Shown: positions 59,746-64,000 of the stretch, piece by piece
How positions within the stretch are numbered: position 1 is the first letter of the stretch
Layout: each line of letters begins with the position of its first letter
Origin: Moniliella sp. 'wahieum'
Lineage: Eukaryota
NCBI GenBank assembly: GCA_003971905.1
Contig: RSEE01000036.1
Span: forward strand, 558,001-622,000
Direction: 5' to 3'
Length of the DNA: 64,000 bases
Program-made: the position numbers and the translations under genes
Notes under the pieces: generated by a model
Told to the model about the DNA's origin: nothing
Databases searched by the model: none
What the model saw: only the letters and a program-made list of their open reading frames with translations

Positions 59746-61395
59746 ATGGATCCTATCCAAGAGCGATCTCGTGGCTCGACCACCCACCACCACCCACCAC
59801 CACCATCACCAACCTACCCGTTGAGGCCGTCGCCTCTCTCTCTCGCCTTGCCTTGTGTGGTCGCCCAGCTTCGATGGCTTGCCGTTTCTGCTGCTGGCCT
59901 GGCAGCCCCCGCGGCCTGGATCGGCGGCCCAACCCCCACCGGGCCGGCACGTACACCCGCCACGCCAGAAGAGTGGACAAGATCCAGCACCTGCTCCAGG
60001 TCATTGCGGCGCATGGTTTTATGACGATGCCGCAGTCATGGTCCTGGACCAGGTCATGCGGTTTCGCGTGATCCCCGTCGACCTGTTGGCGGGCCGGTTG
60101 GGCGTGACACCAAAAATCCAAGGTTGTGGCCAAAAAGTTGCTCGATGACCAACTTATTGCCGAGGACGGCCGCTCCGAGGTCCCTGCCGGCACGCCCAAT
60201 CCAACCATCGTGATCGAAAAGGGTTCCGTACCAGCCCGGATGCGACCCGCAACGGAGGTACTACTACCTGTTTGATCCGCATTTTGCATTCCTCGCCATC
60301 AAGTGGCGGATTGGAGAAATGTACAAATCGATCGAAGCCGTTACGGCCTCGGTCGACGCCCTAACTACCAGGGGGTAACTTTGTCCCCAATGCGGAGCCA
60401 AATTTACCTCGTTTGATGCCGCGCGTCTTTTTGACCCCAACACCAACGACTTTCGCTGCGAGACACCTGGATGCTACATGAGCTCCGTGCCGACGAGGAT
60501 CGGGCGTCGGCTAAGCGCAGGAAGACAAGATGAAGCGTTTCAACGACAGTTGCCTACCTTTTGTCCATCCTTCATCAACTCGATGGAGTGCAGCTGCCAT
60601 CGTCTGTATCTCGCTCCCTGTCCTCCCTTCTTCGCTCTGCCTGCTGACTTCTTTGGTACAGGGTGAATTTGGAAGAGTGGCTGCTGACAATGGTAAGGCC
60701 GAATGGAAGGCCTACGACTGAACGACAAGGAGGTCCAGGCTGCGTAGAGGTCTCCCCGTGGCGGCAGCCCCGCGCCCGATGCCAAGCCTGTGATCAACGT
60801 TGAGCGGGACGAAGATGGGATTGCGATTGCAACGGGCTCGAACAACTCGATTGCGACAGGATTGCAGGGTGATGTGTCGGCGGTGCTGGACCCCGAAGCG
60901 GCCGAGGCAAGGGCGCGGGAAGAGCCGAGCTCAAGGCCAAGACGGCCGAATCGAACGCGCTCCCAGCATGGCACTTGACCAGTACCGTTCTCGGGGAGAA
61001 AACAACGCTTGGGTTGCAGGAGGACAAGAGGCAAGCCGGAATGGGCTTTGCGCCTGCCAGTACTGGTGCGCCGGGCAAGGCGAACGGGGCAAGCTGGGTC
61101 GCTCGCTGCGCCCGGCACGAAACCCGAGGGGCAAGATACGGACACATACGACTATTAGCCTCGATGCTGGAGCAGGAGGCGAGGAGGAAGGAGGAGTTTG
61201 ACGAAGTGGATGCCCCCAGCCTTGGCACCACTCCGAGCGCCGGCGCGGCCAAGCGGCCTCTCGAGGACGGCGGCGCCGAGGCTGGCCCGATGCCGCAGCC
61301 AAACGCGCACGGACCGAGCCACCGCCGCCCACCGCGTCTCCTGCGCCTGCCGCGAAGGAAGAGGAGGGGAGGAGGAGGAGTTTGAGGAGGTGTGA
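59746..61395 (+). CDS. TFA1: TFIIE alpha subunit
   Basis: Winged-helix region (GFYDDAAVMVLDQVMRF...LAGRLGV, YYLFD..FAFLAIKWRI), zinc ribbon CPQC..FTSFDAARLFDP..NDFRCETPGC, probable intron at about 60602-60661, acidic C-terminus EEEEFEEV*. Confidence 0.9.
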
Positions 61396-61500
61396 TGGAT
61401 GGTGTTGGGCCGTCGGACGAATAAATGCATGTCAAACCGGCGAACCACTCGACGGCCAGCGGAGACAGCGCGTGTCAGGCTAGTCACCCTTGTTGGTGGG

Positions 61501-61570
61501 ACGCGTGATGCGTCACGTGCAGAGAAGGAAGCATCACGCTTGGGCGCAAACGCCGCCAGGCACCACGCGT
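61501..61570. promoter_or_regulatory. Two MCB-like ACGCGT boxes and one GTCACGTG upstream of CDH1
   Basis: ACGCGT at 61501 and 61565; GTCACGTG at 61512. Confidence 0.4.
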
Positions 61571-61700
61571 GAGGCTGCACTCTTGAAACATAGATCCCTG
61601 TGGCGGCGGAGGATGTTGAATTGGAGTGGCTGCCATCGTGATTTCCCCGCCGGCAGCCACCATCCCATCGCCATCGCCACCATCCACCACCACCACCGTC

Positions 61701-61748
61701 GCCATTGCCATCGCCATTGCCATCGCCATTGCCATCGCCATTGCCATC
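61701..61748 (+). repeat. (GCCATTGCCATC)4 repeat in the CDH1 upstream/5' UTR region
   Basis: Read directly. Confidence 0.9.
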
Positions 61749-61926
61749 ACCGAGCACCCGTCTCCTGTTTCATCCCCCCACGTGTCCCCCGTCTGCACCC
61801 GCTCCCCCTGCTGTCTGCTTTGCGGCCGCGCCAACTCTCCTGCGTCCGGCTCATCGCTCCCACTCCCCACCGCGCGCGCCCCACTGCATTACGCCACACC
61901 ACGCCCCTCCTCCTGGCCCTCTTCTC

Positions 61927-64000
61927 ATGTACCACTCGGAATTTGGCCGCCGCCTCCGCTCAAATCGGGCGGAAGCTCCTCGCTCGTCGTCCCTCCTGGC
62001 AGTGGTGCCCACTCGAGACTCTCGTCGCCCCTCCCTCCTCTCTCTGGCAACAACCGGAACGAGCCTCGCCTCTTCCTCCCGCTCTTCCGCCCCCTCTCCC
62101 TCGCTGGTGTGTCTGGGCCTCTGACGCAGTAGACCAGGACCCTCCTTCACTGGGCCCCTCCCATTCCGGCCGCGTCGCTCCGCCGCCAAACGCAGACGCC
62201 GCTCCTCCCAACTTTCCGGCGGTTTACGTCACGCCGCGTCTTCGGAGAGCCTTCATTCGTCCCCGACGAAAAGCATCAGCCGCTCGCTTGGCGCCGGACC
62301 CCCCCCATCTCGCCCCCTCGTACCTCGGCTGCAGGGTTGTCAGCTTCAATCGGATCAGCCCAGACGTCCCACTCGGCTAGGAGACGCAACGTCTTTGTTG
62401 ATCGCTTCATCCCCACTCGCCACGGTGACGACTTGCACGACGCTTACCATCTCTTGGACGACCATCCCGCGTCTCCTACCTACGGAAAAAAGGTCTGCCC
62501 CGTTGATACGGATGCGCAAAAGGGTGTGTACCACTTTCCTTCTGGTTTGGGCTAGATACTGACAGAGCTGCGACAGCGGAAGCCTCCCAAGCTTTCTCTT
62601 CGGTTCTCGGGACCGAGCTCTTTGGAGATACCGCCTCGGGTGCTGCGGCACGAGCTTACGTGCTCAATGGCAGGACCAACAGCACCAGCCTTGACCCTAC
62701 TGATCGGCCTACCTCCCCTGGGCCATCAAACTCCAGTGGCGCTCCCTCTGTGCCTGCCCGTTCCCCCCGCACACCCGGGAAACGAAACCTGCTGGTTTAT
62801 TCCCCTTCGGGCAAAGCCAGCCGCTCCTTCCAAGCGCCAGGGCTAGGCTCAACACCCACCTCAGGCGAGGGCCTGTTTGGTTTGGGCGACGCGTCCAGAG
62901 AAGACACCAGCTTCTCCATCGACTCACCTCTGCATCAATCCTATTCGACCTCGCCTGTCAAGGTCGAGTCGCAACGCCTGCTTCTCGGTCCCAGGAGGGC
63001 ACCGAGGGTGCTGCCCAAGGTGCCCTTCAAAGTTCTCGATGCACCGTATTTGGCTGATGACTTCTACCTCAACCTGGTAGATTGGTCGAGTCAAAATACA
63101 CTCGGTGTTGGCTTGGGTTCGTGTGTCTATCTCTGGTCAGCCAAGAACAGCGCCATCACAGCGCTTTGTGATCTCAAGAACCAGCAAGATAAAGTTACCT
63201 CACTTTCTTGGACTGGACGTGGGTCCCACATTGCCGTTGGGACAGATCGGGGGCAAGTCCAGATTTGGGATACGGACCATTGCCGCCTAGTTCGTACCAT
63301 GTCCGGCCACACTTCGCGCGTTGGCGCCTTGGCCTGGAACGAGCACGTTGTCACATCTGGCTCGCGGGATCAGAGTATCATACACTGGGACGTCCGTGTC
63401 CCCGATCCCGCCATCCAAACATTGACCGCCCATCGACAAGAAGTGTGTGGCCTGCGCTGGAACACGGAGCTGAACCAACTCGTCTCGGGCGGCAACGATA
63501 ATCGGGTGTACGTCTGGGACGGCATGCGCGCCGACCCGCTGTGGAGGTTCAATGAGCATCGTGCGGCTGTCAAGGCGGTGGCTTGGTCGCCCCATCAGGC
63601 TGGCTTGCTCGCTTCCGGGGGCGGTGGTACAGCGATAAACGACTGTGCTTTTGGAACACGTTGACGGGGGAACGGGTTGGGTCGGTACATACGGGCTCGC
63701 AGGTGTGCAACGTGGCGTGGAGCAAGACGGCCAACGAGGTGGTGTCGACGCATGGCTTTTCCGGCGGGCGGTGCAAAACCAGATCATGGTGTGGAGGTAC
63801 ACCAACCCGCACTCGCACAACCCCATTGGCATCCATGCCTCCGCCAGCCAGGCATGGGGCGGGATGAACGCCGCGGCCAGCACCTCCTCGCTCTTGTCCC
63901 ACTCCTCTCCCTCGGCCGACGTGCTCGGTGGCGACGACGCAGATGCGGGCGGGATGGTGCTGCAGCCGATGGCTACGTTGACCGGCCACACCATGCGCGT
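61927..64000 (+). CDS. CDH1: APC/C activator Cdh1/Fzr/Srw1 (WD40); 3' end truncated by the window
   Basis: C-box DRFIPTR (~62400), probable intron at about 62524-62576, KVPFKVLDAPYLADDFYLNLVDWS, HRQEVCGLRW, SGGNDN, HRAAVKAVAWSPHQAGLLASGGG, TGSQVCNVAWSK..NEVVSTHG, ATLTGHT. Start ATG (MYHSEFGRRLR) is inferred. Confidence 0.93.

Noticed and set aside
60793..60803. TCAACGTTGA palindrome within TFA1
   Set aside because: A single copy inside coding sequence (VINVER) with no heptad extension; probably coincidental.
780..64000. Pseudogenes or programmed frameshifting
   Set aside because: Indels affect essentially all genes, including essential ones, with no consistent slippery-site pattern; sequencing error is the simpler explanation.
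1..64000. Transposons, tRNA or rRNA genes
   Set aside because: No transposase or reverse-transcriptase motifs, terminal repeats, or structured-RNA signatures were recognised by eye; a covariance-model scan was not possible.

Overview
GC-rich, intron-poor fungal nuclear DNA. It is most likely a basidiomycete of the smut-fungus (Ustilaginomycotina) type; this is an inference from gene content, few short GT-AG introns with CTGAC/CTAAC branch sites, and gene style. About 17 protein genes can be reconstructed: an Ale1-type MBOAT acyltransferase, a 63-aa CYSTM-like peptide, a LURP-one/Tubby-C-like protein, a Nam8/Ngr1-like RRM protein, an Ifh1/Crf1-like coactivator, an orphan protein with about 11 tandem ~93-aa repeats, two GH18 chitinase-like paralogues, a Nup49/Nup58-like FG nucleoporin, succinate-semialdehyde dehydrogenase, mitochondrial L12, NTE1, a 4-finger C2H2 factor (Rbf1/Znf2-like), a Zn2Cys6 factor with an AlcR-like binding domain, a Bqt4-like APSES protein, TFB4 head-to-head with TFA1, and CDH1 (cut off by the window end). 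Nearly every gene has several 1-bp frameshifts. This is best explained by an unpolished long-read assembly, so gene boundaries are approximate. The most unusual signals are: (i) a dispersed intergenic heptad-periodic element, (TCA-N4)n / (TGA-N4)n, often with palindromic N4 cores; (ii) the ~279-bp coding tandem array; (iii) the Ifh1-like protein, recognised only by short motifs; (iv) the 181-bp TFB4/TFA1 bidirectional promoter. No rRNA, tRNA, CRISPR array or transposon was recognised.
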